From assembly GCA_008080685.1 (NCBI GenBank), contig VKGY01000014.1, positions 1 to 52,043 on the forward strand: a stretch of DNA of 52,043 bases, in the 5' to 3' direction. Positions 15,725 to 24,904 of the stretch are shown in pieces. The translations under genes were made by a program, and so were the position numbers. The first letter of the stretch is position 1, and each line of letters opens with the position of its first letter. Origin of the DNA: Spirochaetota bacterium. Its GTDB lineage: Bacteria > Spirochaetota > Spirochaetia > Treponematales > Rectinemataceae. A model generated the notes under the pieces. That model ran no database searches. It saw only the letters and a program-made list of their open reading frames with translations, and was not told the DNA's origin.

Positions 15725-16195
15725 ATGGCAAAGGCGGAAGCGTGGAAACCTACGCTAAGCCCAGGATTCTGGGGCTCCCTCGCCGTGATGGGAGTTGGGA
15801 TTGTATTTTTCATCTACTCGCTGCAGTTCCCCTACACCAGCGAGATCGGGCCTGGGCCGGGTTTTTTCCCCCGGTGGCTTTCTGGATTCCTCATCGTCCT
15901 AGGCGTTCTGTATATGTCCAACAGCATCAGGGGAAAGGATAAAAGCGAAAAACTGCCCTCCGAGAAGGGCCTTTCATCCATACTTTTTATCTTAGGATCG
16001 ATGGTGGGCTATGTGGCGCTCATCGGGTTCCTGGGATTCATCACCACCAGTGCCGCCTTCCTTTTCCTTCTGCTTCGCAAAGCCTACCGCTGGTACGTAT
16101 CCTTGGCGATTTCCGCCATCGCATCCCTCTTCCTGTATGCCTTGTTCGCCCTCTTCCTGAGAGTCCAGCTTCCCATGAACGGCTTGGGTTTCTAG
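15725..16195 (+). CDS. tctB: Tripartite tricarboxylate transporter small membrane subunit TctB
   Basis: 156 aa with four TM segments. It lies immediately upstream of the large TctA-type subunit, which is the canonical Tct arrangement. Confidence 0.7.
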   Translation: MAKAEAWKPTLSPGFWGSLAVMGVGIVFFIYSLQFPYTSEIGPGPGFFPRWLSGFLIVLGVLYMSNSIRGKDKSEKLPSEKGLSSILFILGSMVGYVALIGFLGFITTSAAFLFLLLRKAYRWYVSLAISAIASLFLYALFALFLRVQLPMNGLGF

Positions 16196-16199
16196 GAGG

Positions 16200-17711
16200 T
16201 TGGCTATGGATTCCCTATCTTTATTGATGCAAGGTTTCGCCACGGCGCTGACCTGGAACAACCTCATATTTTGTCTCATCGGCGTTGGCGTGGGCATGTT
16301 CATCGGAGTCCTGCCGGGCCTAGGGCCTGTTGCCGGGACGGCTATCTTGATTCCCCTCACCTTCGGGCTTGAGCCTACGCCGGCGATCATCATGCTGGCC
16401 GGAATCTTTTACGCCGCCATGTACGGCGGTACCATCACCTCGGTTCTCATCAACACCCCAGGGGAGAGCGCCTCGGTCATCACCTGCATCGACGGCTACC
16501 AAATGGCGCGCCAAGGCCGGGCCGGCGCAGCCTTGGGCGTGGCGGCCATCGGCTCCTTCATAGGCGGAATTGTCGCCATACTGTCCCTCACCTTCATCGG
16601 ACCTACCCTAGCCCGGTTTGCCATCAAGTTTGGTCCTCCGGAATTCTTATCAGTCATGATGTTTGGCCTCCTTCTCATCGTTGGACTTATGGGAAAGTCC
16701 ATAGTGAAGGGATTGATAGCCGTGGTGCTGGGACTGCTCTTGGCGATGATCGGCCAAGACCCCGGCTCAGGCGCCTCCAGGTTCATCTTTGGACAGATCA
16801 TGCTATTGGACGGCATTGATTTCGTCGTCCTCGCCATGGGGCTTTTCGGCGTCTCTGAAATTTTGCTCAACGCCGAGAAAAACATGGAAACCGAAACCCC
16901 TCCCAAGGTCAAAGGCCTCATCCCGCCCCGGGAGGAGTGGGCTCCCGCTGCCAAGGCTATCGGCCGCGGCACCGCCTTGGGGATGCTTCTGGGCCTCATT
17001 CCCGGAGCCTCCGCTTCCATTGCCTCCCTTCTTTCCTATTCGTTCGAAAAGCGGGTGGCGAAAGATCCCAGCCGATTCGGCAAAGGTGCCATCGAAGGGG
17101 TGGCTGGACCAGAGACCGCCAACAATGCGTATGCCGGGGCGGCCCTGATTCCCCTGTTCACACTGGGCATACCCAGTTCTCCCACGGTGGCGATCCTTTT
17201 GGGCGCCTTCACCATGCACGGCCTCATCCCCGGGCCCCTGCTGTACGAAAGGAATCCTGATTTCCTATGGGCCGTCATCGCCAGTATGTTCATTGGCAAC
17301 GTCATGTTGCTGATCATGAACCTGCCCTTGGCCAACCTGTGGGCTAAGGTCGCGAGGATCCCCTATAAGCTCCTCGCTCCCCTCATCCTGCTCATCTGCA
17401 TGCTTGGCGTATTCAGCGTGAACCGCAGCGTGTGGGATGTGGGGCTTTTGGTGTTCTTCGGCATAGTTGGATATTTTTTGAAAAAGCTGGAGATACCCGC
17501 CGCGGCTCTCCTATTGTCCTTCGTGCTGGGAAACAACATTGAATTCACGATGATACAGACATTGTCGCTTTCCGCCAGTGGGCTTTTGTATCTCTTTCAA
17601 CGGCCGATCTCGGGGGTACTCATGACCTTATGCATCCTGATCCTTGCCTTGAGCATTTACAGTTCCATTAAGAAGAAGCGGGGTCAGCTTGCCGACGACG
17701 CCGAGGTCTGA
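16200..17711 (+). CDS. tctA: Tripartite tricarboxylate transporter large permease TctA
   Basis: 503 aa, polytopic. It has TctA-like segments (GVLPGLGPVAGTAILIPLTF, YGGTITSVLINTPGE, GLIPGASASIASLLSY). Confidence 0.8.
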   Translation: MAMDSLSLLMQGFATALTWNNLIFCLIGVGVGMFIGVLPGLGPVAGTAILIPLTFGLEPTPAIIMLAGIFYAAMYGGTITSVLINTPGESASVITCIDGYQMARQGRAGAALGVAAIGSFIGGIVAILSLTFIGPTLARFAIKFGPPEFLSVMMFGLLLIVGLMGKSIVKGLIAVVLGLLLAMIGQDPGSGASRFIFGQIMLLDGIDFVVLAMGLFGVSEILLNAEKNMETETPPKVKGLIPPREEWAPAAKAIGRGTALGMLLGLIPGASASIASLLSYSFEKRVAKDPSRFGKGAIEGVAGPETANNAYAGAALIPLFTLGIPSSPTVAILLGAFTMHGLIPGPLLYERNPDFLWAVIASMFIGNVMLLIMNLPLANLWAKVARIPYKLLAPLILLICMLGVFSVNRSVWDVGLLVFFGIVGYFLKKLEIPAAALLLSFVLGNNIEFTMIQTLSLSASGLLYLFQRPISGVLMTLCILILALSIYSSIKKKRGQLADDAEV

Positions 17712-17788
17712 CCTTCCAGGCGCCGTCATTGAACCAGGTTCCAGCGCGGTTTCATGGAAGCCGCCTAGCGTTTTGAAGGAGGAAAGAT

Positions 17789-18772
17789 ATGGTAGGAAAA
17801 AACATGTTCCGCCGCACGCTTCTGGCGTTCTTTATCGTCACTGTTGCGTTTTCCCTCGCGGTTCCATCAATGGCCTTCGCCCAGGATTATCCTAGGAAAC
17901 CCATCACCGCAATCGTAGCGTTCAATCCCGGTGGCGGCACCGATGTTGCCGCCCGCGTCATCCTTAAGTTTGCGGAAAAGTACATCGGCGGCCAATTCGT
18001 GGTGGAAAACAAACCCGGCGCCGGCGGCGCGGTTGGCTTCACCGCCATCGCCATGGCTCCCAAGGACGGCTATACCATTGGGATGATCAATCCTCCCACG
18101 GTACTTCTCAAACCCATCCAGGAAGGCAATCTAGTCAAGTACTCCCTGTCGGACTTCGAGCCAATCGCCAACTTTGTGTCCGATCCCGGCGCCCTGGTGG
18201 TTCCTCCCGACAGTCCCTTCAAGACGATGATGGACGTGGTGGAGGCTGCCAAGGCGAAACCGAACACCATCCGGATGGGTTACGGCGGCCCTGGGACTTC
18301 CGAAGCCCTCACTCTGCGAAATTTTGAAAACGCCTTCGGGATCAAGGTCCGGAAGGTCCCCTTCGAGGGTACCGGCCCCCAGCTTACCGCCCTCATGGGC
18401 AAAAACATCGACGTGATGTTCACCAACGCCTCGGAGATTGTTTCGCAGTATAAAGCCAAGACAGTCAGGGTCATCGCCGTGGGCGCTCCCAAGCGAATCC
18501 CCATGATGCCAGACGTCCTGACGTACAAGGAATCGGGATTCGACACCATCCAGTTGGCCATGCGCGGCCTGGCTGCTCCCAAGGGCATCGATCCCAAACA
18601 CCTCCAAATCCTCTCCGACGCCATGGCCAAGGTATTCAACGATCCCGATTTCCAGAAGCGCGCCGACGAATTGTCCTTGCCTCTGGATTACATGGGGCCG
18701 GCGGAGTACAAGAAGTTGTTGCAGGAATTGGATGCATTCTACCGGGCGGAGTACGCGAAGAATCCCTGGTAA
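17789..18772 (+). CDS. tctC: Tripartite tricarboxylate transporter substrate-binding protein TctC (Bug family)
   Basis: It has a signal peptide (FSLAVPSMAFAQ), then DYPRKPITAIVAFNPGGGTDVAARV...ENKPGAGGAVG, the characteristic Bug/TctC N-terminal motif. Confidence 0.8.
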   Translation: MVGKNMFRRTLLAFFIVTVAFSLAVPSMAFAQDYPRKPITAIVAFNPGGGTDVAARVILKFAEKYIGGQFVVENKPGAGGAVGFTAIAMAPKDGYTIGMINPPTVLLKPIQEGNLVKYSLSDFEPIANFVSDPGALVVPPDSPFKTMMDVVEAAKAKPNTIRMGYGGPGTSEALTLRNFENAFGIKVRKVPFEGTGPQLTALMGKNIDVMFTNASEIVSQYKAKTVRVIAVGAPKRIPMMPDVLTYKESGFDTIQLAMRGLAAPKGIDPKHLQILSDAMAKVFNDPDFQKRADELSLPLDYMGPAEYKKLLQELDAFYRAEYAKNPW

Positions 18773-18801
18773 GCATTGGTCGCGGATCTGCGATGCGATT
18801 G

Positions 18802-18835
18802 GGCCGCGGCTATGCCGCGGCCTTTTGAATTTTTT
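18802..18835 (+). terminator. Intrinsic terminator of the Tct operon
   Basis: GGCCGCGGC-TAT-GCCGCGGCC forms a perfect 9-bp GC stem, followed by TTTTGAATTTTTT. It lies 30 nt after the tctC stop codon. Confidence 0.8.
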
Positions 18836-18844
18836 CCTAGGAGT

Positions 18845-20252
18845 ACGATACTGAACACTGAATCACGCTTTCTTCCCTATCGGAGGAATATTGTAGGCAT
18901 CGATGCCACGATTGTCTACGCGGACTGGACGGCCTCCGGTAGGCTGTATGGCCCAATCGAGGACTTCATACATCGCGAGGTAGGGCTTCTTGTTGCCAAT
19001 ACACACACCAAAACCACCTACTCCGGAGTAGCGATGACCCATGCGTACAATAACGCCCGGTAAATAATCCGCCGGGCTGTGAACGCGGCGGACGATGGCT
19101 CCGTGCTCTTCTCAGGTTTCGAAAGGACTTCGGCGATCAATAAGCTCCAAAGAATCATAGGTTTTAGGCAACCAGGTCGCCGACGCCTCCAAAACGCCGG
19201 GGGAAACCGTCCGCTGGTGCTTGTAACGCATGTGGAGCACTATTCCAACCAGATAACCTGGGAGAAATACAACGCCGACGTTCGCATTGTTCCCCGCGCT
19301 AAATCGACTAGCATGCAGGACTTGGAGTAGATGGAAAGGACATTGGTGGACAATGGAGACAGTCCGCTTCTCATTGGCGCTTTTACAGCCGCCTCGAATG
19401 TCACAGGTACCATGACAGACTACCGCGCCATGGCGGCGATCATGCATCGGCACGGGGGGCCTATGCTTCGTGGATTTTACCGCCGCAGCGCCTTACGTTG
19501 CCATAGACATGCATCCTACGCGAAAGGAAGAGAGGCTGGACACCATAACGTTTTCGCCCCATAAGTTCCTTGGCGAGCATCGGTCCTCGGGCATACTTAT
19601 CCTGTCCAATGCCCTGTATTCCCTGGAAACGCCAGATCATTCCGGCAGTGGTACCGTCAAATGGACAACGCCTTTCGGTACGCACCGATATGTGGACTCC
19701 AGTGAGGCGCGGGAAGATGGGGGCACCCATGGGTTTCTCCAGGCGATTCGGGCGGCTCTGACCTTGAAATTGAAGGAGTCTATGGGCATTGAGGCAATAA
19801 AGACAAGGGAAGAAGAACTGAAGTCGCTCTTCCTCGCCGAGATTGAGGGACTTGAGGAGCTTTAGTTGCTGGAATCGGAAAACCTGCGCTACCTTGGTAC
19901 TCTTTCCTTCCGTTGCCCTTTGATTCATTACAATTTAGTTGTCCGTCTATTGAACGACCGCTACGGAATCCAAATCCGGGGAGGCTGTTCCTGCGCAGGC
20001 ACCTACGGTCATGTTCTGTTCCACATAACCAAGCCAGAATCGCGGGCCATCACCGACCACATCGATTCCGGCGATGTTTCCTGGAAGCCCGGCTGGGTGC
20101 GCATCTCGCTTAACCCAACGATGACCAATCAGAAAGCCGTATTCGTCGCCAGGGCTATGCGTGAAACAGTGGCCATGGGAAACGATTGGGGTTCCGCCTA
20201 TGCGTTCGATCCCCACAGCAGCGCGTTCGTGCCTCGTTTTACTGCCGAGTAG
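18845..20252 (+). pseudogene. Class-V aminotransferase / cysteine-desulfurase-like PLP enzyme, shattered into about 5 fragments
   Basis: Consecutive ORF fragments are 18776-19063, 19079-19330, 19331-19564, 19470-19865 and 19866-20252. They are separated by stop codons ending at 19063, 19330 and 19865, plus a frameshift near 19470-19564. Family motifs are spread across the fragments: IVYADWTASGR, LVANTHT, AFTAASNVTG, FSPHKFLG (PLP lysine) and IQIRGGCSCAG. No usable start codon is present, and the 5' boundary is approximate. Confidence 0.75.
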
Positions 20253-20462
20253 CCCCCTATGTTTTGAGTCGAGATCGCCGCGGCTCCCAAAGAACCAAGC
20301 TTATAGAATCGCAATTTCCTACGCACCTTCTTACTGATAGACAAGGGAACCGGGAGACTTATGATGCTCTCACAGGTACGCGTGATCTCCTATTCGCGGT
20401 CACACCAGACTTTCGTCAATGCGCCGCACGGTAGATGTTCGATGGCCGGTTTAGGGTATACG

Positions 20463-20589
20463 TGTCATCAAGGTTACTACCTAATGCGGGGGCAGTAGTG
20501 CCTTGCGGATGACAGACTGCCTGCCACCGGCTTTCGAGTCCCGTCGAACTCAGGATACTACGAGCTCACCGTTCTTAAAACATAGCTAC
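20463..20589 (-). repeat. Inverted-repeat element, copy B (partner at 13529-13657)
   Basis: The reverse complement aligns with copy A over its full length. The inner flank keeps the A-like blocks ATGATGCT (20361-20368) and TTCCTACGCACCTTCTTACT (20316-20335), but ~94 nt are inserted at 20369-20462. The outer flank abuts a GACATGATAAC motif (20590-20603, reverse). Confidence 0.85.
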
Positions 20590-20687
20590 TTGTTATCATG
20601 TCCAATTATTCTAACACTGCTCGCGTTGCGCGACACATATAGTCCAAGGCCGGAGGCGGCGCCCCCTTCAAGCACCCGCAAGTCCCA

Positions 20688-21539
20688 TCAGGTAACCCAC
20701 GGCATGGGCACCGCCCCCTTGGGACCCAGTTCGAAAACCTGGAGCGTCTCGGCGATTTCCTTCTCCGGATCGGGAGGGGCCGGCCATTCGGCCACATAGC
20801 CCAGGCAAGGACACACAAACAAAGTCCGCCCCTTCAGCACACGGCGCCGGTAATGCACATGGCCGCAGACAGCGATCTCCGCCCCATAGCGTTGCGCGAT
20901 CTCGCCGTACTCAGGACTGCCCAGGAACGCATTGAAATATTTCCACATCGGCCCGGGCGGAGCCACGGTGAATTCAGGGATCTGGACCACATGGGTAGCG
21001 AAAAGAATCCGCCGGCCCTCGGCGGGCAAACCCGCTTCCAGGCGCTGGACGAAAAGCCTGTGCATATCGAGAGTCCCCCGGTCCCAGATGGACTTGACCT
21101 TGTCCTGCCATGTCCGCTCGCCGTACTTCATCCTCTCGAAATCCTCAAAGGAAAAGGACCCGTCCCCATAGCTGAAATCATACCAACCCAGATCCCCCGC
21201 CGCCGCCCACCCATCGCAAAGGGCCACAGGGCCGCGGGCCAGATTGCCCAGGTGCTCCAGCAAGGCATTGTACGCATCCCAAGCCTTGGCCTCGGGGTGG
21301 AATTCATTCCAGATGTCGTGGTTGCCCGGCACGAAGAGCACCCGGGCGCCGGAACCTTCCTCAAGCCGGGCCAAGGTGAGCAGGGTAAGCCGGTAGTCCG
21401 AGGAAATGTCCCCGGCGATGAGAAGGATATCCAGATTCCGACGGGCGGATTCCCGGGCGAGGAGATCTGTCACCAGATCCTCGCCCTTAATCCGATTCAA
21501 ATCGACGTGGATGTCGGAGATGAGGCCGACACGGGTCAT
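20688..21539 (-). CDS. Metallophosphoesterase (calcineurin-like)
   Basis: Motifs present: LISDIHVD, IAGDISSD, VPGNHD and VCGHVH. Its start overlaps the stop of the upstream permease (4-nt overlap at 21536-21539). Confidence 0.8.
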   Translation of the reverse strand: MTRVGLISDIHVDLNRIKGEDLVTDLLARESARRNLDILLIAGDISSDYRLTLLTLARLEEGSGARVLFVPGNHDIWNEFHPEAKAWDAYNALLEHLGNLARGPVALCDGWAAAGDLGWYDFSYGDGSFSFEDFERMKYGERTWQDKVKSIWDRGTLDMHRLFVQRLEAGLPAEGRRILFATHVVQIPEFTVAPPGPMWKYFNAFLGSPEYGEIAQRYGAEIAVCGHVHYRRRVLKGRTLFVCPCLGYVAEWPAPPDPEKEIAETLQVFELGPKGAVPMPWVT

Positions 21540-22366
21540 GAAGATCCCGTCAGCCTAGGATTGAGCCTTTCGGCCAAGGTATCACCGATGATGTTGAAGG
21601 CAAGGACGGTAAGGGCGAGGCAGAGGCCGGGATAGATGGCCATCCAAGGCGCCTGAACCAGATAGTTGCGGGCATCCTTGAGCATCAGGCCCCAACTCGC
21701 CGCTGGGGGCTGGGTGCCCACGCCGAGGTAGGACAGAGAGGCTTCTATGACAATCGATAGGGCGAAGATGATGGAACATTGGACCACAACCTTGCCCAGG
21801 AGATTAGGCACGATATGCTTGAACACGATCTTTACCATGGGAGTACCCAGGGCCCGCCCAGCCTCCACATAGCCTTCAGTCTTGATGGAGAGCGTCTCCG
21901 CCCGCACCAGGCGCGCGAGGATAGGACTGGAGATAATGCCCAGGGCGAGCATCACCTGCACCAGCCCGTAGCCCAGGAAGGACACCACCGTGATGGCCAA
22001 GAGAATGGTGGGGAAGGACAGGACCGAATCCATGAAGAGCATGAGGGCGCTGTCGAGATTCCTGGAACCCAATCCTGCCAGCAGCCCTATCGTCGAGCCA
22101 ATGACCAGGGCCAAGGAAACCGTCACAATGCCGACGATGAGGGCCGACCTAGATCCAAAGACGATGCGGCTCAGGATATCCCTGCCGTAGTTGTCAGTCC
22201 CCAGAAGATTCTCCAGGCTGGGGGCGTGGAAGCGCTTGGCGAGATACTGTTCGGTGGGCTTGTAGGGAGCCACCAAGGGAGCGGCTATAGCCGAGCCCAC
22301 CAGAACAAGGAGAAAAAGGACGGCGAGGGAAAACAGAACCCTCTGGGATTTCCTGAGCGCGATCAT
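21536..22366 (-). CDS. ABC permease, DppC/OppC type
   Basis: 276 aa with six TM segments. The N-terminus (LGTDNYGRDILSRIVFGSR) is typical of DppC/OppC permeases. Confidence 0.8.
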   Translation of the reverse strand: MIALRKSQRVLFSLAVLFLLVLVGSAIAAPLVAPYKPTEQYLAKRFHAPSLENLLGTDNYGRDILSRIVFGSRSALIVGIVTVSLALVIGSTIGLLAGLGSRNLDSALMLFMDSVLSFPTILLAITVVSFLGYGLVQVMLALGIISSPILARLVRAETLSIKTEGYVEAGRALGTPMVKIVFKHIVPNLLGKVVVQCSIIFALSIVIEASLSYLGVGTQPPAASWGLMLKDARNYLVQAPWMAIYPGLCLALTVLAFNIIGDTLAERLNPRLTGSS

Positions 22367-22379
22367 ACTACTCCCAATC

Positions 22380-23879
22380 TTACTTCAGTTCGGTCCAGCG
22401 GAAATCGAAGGTGTCGATATTCGGAGTCATCCTGAAATCGACCACGTTGCTCCGGGTTGCCACATAGCGGTAGGAGGTTCCCAGGTACACGAAGGGCACT
22501 TCCCTGGCCATGATTTCCAAGGCTTGGGTATACATCTTCTTCCGGGCCGCGAAGTCCGAGACGCCTACGGCCCTTTTGAGGAGGTCGGCCACCACAGGGT
22601 TCTGCCACTTCACGTACTTGCCCGCGCCGTAGCCCGCCAGGGTCCCGTCCGGGTCAAGCTTTCCCGTGTGGCCGATGACGGTGAAGTCATAGTTGCCACC
22701 GGAAAACACGCTGGACAGCCAGGTGGACCAATCCACCAGCTGGAGCTTCACGTTCATGCCCACTTTTTCAAGCATCTGCTGATAGAGCTCCGCCGCCTTG
22801 ACGTGGAGGGGATAGTTCTGGGGAACATGGATGGTAAATTCCTTGTTGCCCACGCCCGCTTCCTTCAACAGCTGCATGGCTTTTTCAGGATTGTAGGGAT
22901 AGAAGCTGGAGAAGTCGGTGTAATAGGCGTTGCCCGTGTCCAGGAAGGTGGAGCCCACCTTGCCGCCGCCGTAGGCGATGTCCAGGACAAGTTGCTTGTC
23001 GATGGCGTGGTTCACCGCCTGGCGGACCCTGAGGTCATTGAGCGGGGGCCGCGAGTTGTTCATGGCCATAACCATGATGAGAGAGGTCAGCTCTTTCTTG
23101 ACGGTGACCTTGGGATTGGCGTTGAGGATGGGCAGGTCTTCGGGATCGACGAATTCCACCGCCTCGATGGCGCCGGACATAAGTCCCTGGATCTGGACCG
23201 CCCGTTCGGGGACGATGTTGAACTCCACGCGGGCGAGCTTGGGAAGACCCTTGATCCAATACTTGTCGTTGCGGACCATGGTGATCTTGTTATCCCTGAC
23301 CCAGCGTTCAAACTTGAAGGGGCCGGTTCCCACGGGCTGGGCGGCGAAATTGTGGCCCGAGGCGATAAGGCCGGAGGGAAGGATGGCTCCCCAGCCGGAG
23401 GCGAGGGTTGCAAGGAATGGGGCGTAGGCAGACCCCAAGGAGAGGACCACGGTGAGGTCGTTCGGGGTTTCTATTTTCTTGATCGGCACGAATTCGCTGC
23501 GCTTGGGCGAGGCGAAGGCTTCGGCCTGGATCCTGTCCAGGGTAACCTTGACGTCTTTGGAGGTGAAGGTTTGTCCATTGTGGAAGACTACGCCGGCTCT
23601 CAGCTTGAAGGTCCACACCAGGCCATCTGCGGAAACCGACCAGGACTCGGCGAGGGCTGGAACTAGGTTGCCCGTTACATCAGGCTCGACCAAGGTGTCG
23701 TAGAAGCTTTTGAGAACCTGGAAGGTCAAGGTTCCCGAGGTTTTCTGTGGATCAAGGGTATCCGGGTTACCGGAAAGGCCGAAGTTCAATACTCCAGAAC
23801 CGCCTTGGGCGAATGCGACGCCGACCGAGGCGGTTAAAAGCGCCGCGGCGAGGAACATCGTAATAAAACGCTTCTTCAT
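22380..23879 (-). CDS. ABC substrate-binding protein, family 5 (peptide/nickel/opine type)
   Basis: Signal peptide MKKRFITMFLAAALLTASVGVAFAQ. About 500 aa with family-5 features (LDPQKTSGT..., LVEPD..G.LVPALAESW). I start it at ATG 23879, which is preceded by AAGGAG, rather than at 23906. Confidence 0.8.
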   Translation of the reverse strand: MKKRFITMFLAAALLTASVGVAFAQGGSGVLNFGLSGNPDTLDPQKTSGTLTFQVLKSFYDTLVEPDVTGNLVPALAESWSVSADGLVWTFKLRAGVVFHNGQTFTSKDVKVTLDRIQAEAFASPKRSEFVPIKKIETPNDLTVVLSLGSAYAPFLATLASGWGAILPSGLIASGHNFAAQPVGTGPFKFERWVRDNKITMVRNDKYWIKGLPKLARVEFNIVPERAVQIQGLMSGAIEAVEFVDPEDLPILNANPKVTVKKELTSLIMVMAMNNSRPPLNDLRVRQAVNHAIDKQLVLDIAYGGGKVGSTFLDTGNAYYTDFSSFYPYNPEKAMQLLKEAGVGNKEFTIHVPQNYPLHVKAAELYQQMLEKVGMNVKLQLVDWSTWLSSVFSGGNYDFTVIGHTGKLDPDGTLAGYGAGKYVKWQNPVVADLLKRAVGVSDFAARKKMYTQALEIMAREVPFVYLGTSYRYVATRSNVVDFRMTPNIDTFDFRWTELK

Positions 23880-23902
23880 GGGTTGCTCCTTGCGAATGCC
23901 GG

Positions 23903-24904
23903 TCATGTGCCGGCCTCTGTCTTAAAACACGACACGACGTGCCGTGAAGATATTGTATCGTCGCCCAATGACCTAAGGCCGGGAGCCCGGGAAGTGCACT
24001 CCCCGTCGCCGATTGGGCAGAACGGATAGTAGGGACATCCGCCCGAGCCTTGGCGCTGAGCTTTGCGGGCTTCTATTACTAGAACCGACTCTTCCTCCAA
24101 GCCCTTGCTCAGTCCGCGCTCTCCGAAGGCGGCGCCGGGGATCGAAGCCAGGAGGCGCCGCGTATAGGGATGAGTGGGATTGGACACCAAAAGATCAGTC
24201 GGCGCCTGTTCCACGATCTTCCCTTTGAACATCACGCCTACAGTATCGCACATGTAGGAAACCAAATTAAGATCGTGGGAGATAAAAAGATAGGTAAGAG
24301 AGAATTCCTTTTTCAAATCCGAAAGCAGGTTGATGATCTGCGCCTGGATCGACACGTCCAGGTTGGACACAGGCTCGTCCAATAAAAGGAAATCAGGCTC
24401 CATGGAGAGAGCCCTGGCTATGACGATGCGCTGTTTCTGCCCTCCGGAAAACTCGTGGGGATAGCGGTTCTTGTAGGCGTAGCTTATCCCCACCAGGTCC
24501 AAAAGGTCCTTGATGCGCCTGCCCCGCTCGTCCTTGTCGATCCTGCGGTTGATGAGCCCCTCGGAAAGGCTGTCGAAGATGCTCATCTTGGGATTGAGGG
24601 CCGAGTTGGGATCCTGGAAGACAATCTGCATTCTCTTGCGGAACTTCCTCAATTCCCTATGGCTCAAGGTCCCCAGCTCAACCCCATCGTAGCGAACGCT
24701 TCCCGAGCTAGGAGGGTCCAGGTATAGAAGAGTGCGGGCGAAGGTAGTCTTGCCGCAGCCCGACTCTCCCACCAACCCGAAGCTTGTCTTCTTGGCCACG
24801 GACAGATTGATCCCGTCCACCGCCTTGAAACCCCGCGCGGCGCCCGCCAGGCCCCTGCCTCGGTAGATTTTAACGATATCCTTGCACTCGATCAGTTGAT
24901 CCAT
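23903..24904 (-). CDS. ABC ATPase, OppF/DppF type
   Basis: Walker A GESGCGKTT, signature FSGGQKQRIVIARAL, Walker B LLLDEPVSNLD, and a C-terminal oligopeptide-type extension. Confidence 0.85.
   Translation of the reverse strand: MDQLIECKDIVKIYRGRGLAGAARGFKAVDGINLSVAKKTSFGLVGESGCGKTTFARTLLYLDPPSSGSVRYDGVELGTLSHRELRKFRKRMQIVFQDPNSALNPKMSIFDSLSEGLINRRIDKDERGRRIKDLLDLVGISYAYKNRYPHEFSGGQKQRIVIARALSMEPDFLLLDEPVSNLDVSIQAQIINLLSDLKKEFSLTYLFISHDLNLVSYMCDTVGVMFKGKIVEQAPTDLLVSNPTHPYTRRLLASIPGAAFGERGLSKGLEEESVLVIEARKAQRQGSGGCPYYPFCPIGDGECTSRAPGLRSLGDDTISSRHVVSCFKTEAGT

Noticed and set aside
20500-20589. Resemblance of part of the inverted-repeat element (UGCCUGCCACCGG...GUCGAACUCAGGAUACUACG) to the 5' half of 5S rRNA (UGCCUGGCGGCC...GCCGAACUCAGAAGUGAAACG).
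   Set aside because: The spacing is too short. The 3' half of 5S (GAUGGUAGUGUGGGG...AGAGUAGGGAAC) has no counterpart. No 16S or 23S gene is nearby. I treat it as a chance similarity.
13529-20589. The repeat-bracketed module as an active composite transposon or invertible switch.
   Set aside because: No transposase, integrase, invertase or resolvase ORF lies in or near the segment, and there are no target-site duplications at the outer ends. It is kept only as an open question in the findings, not as a mobile-element annotation.
22524-23666. Long antisense ORFs opposite well-supported genes. Examples are 22524-23666, 24919-25704, 25762-26574, 35463-36353, 45096-46505, 20853-21635 and 32435-33139.
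   Set aside because: They are Arg/Gly/Pro/His-rich with no recognisable motifs. They lie fully inside genes that carry strong family signatures on the other strand. This is the expected artefact of stop-codon depletion in GC-rich DNA.
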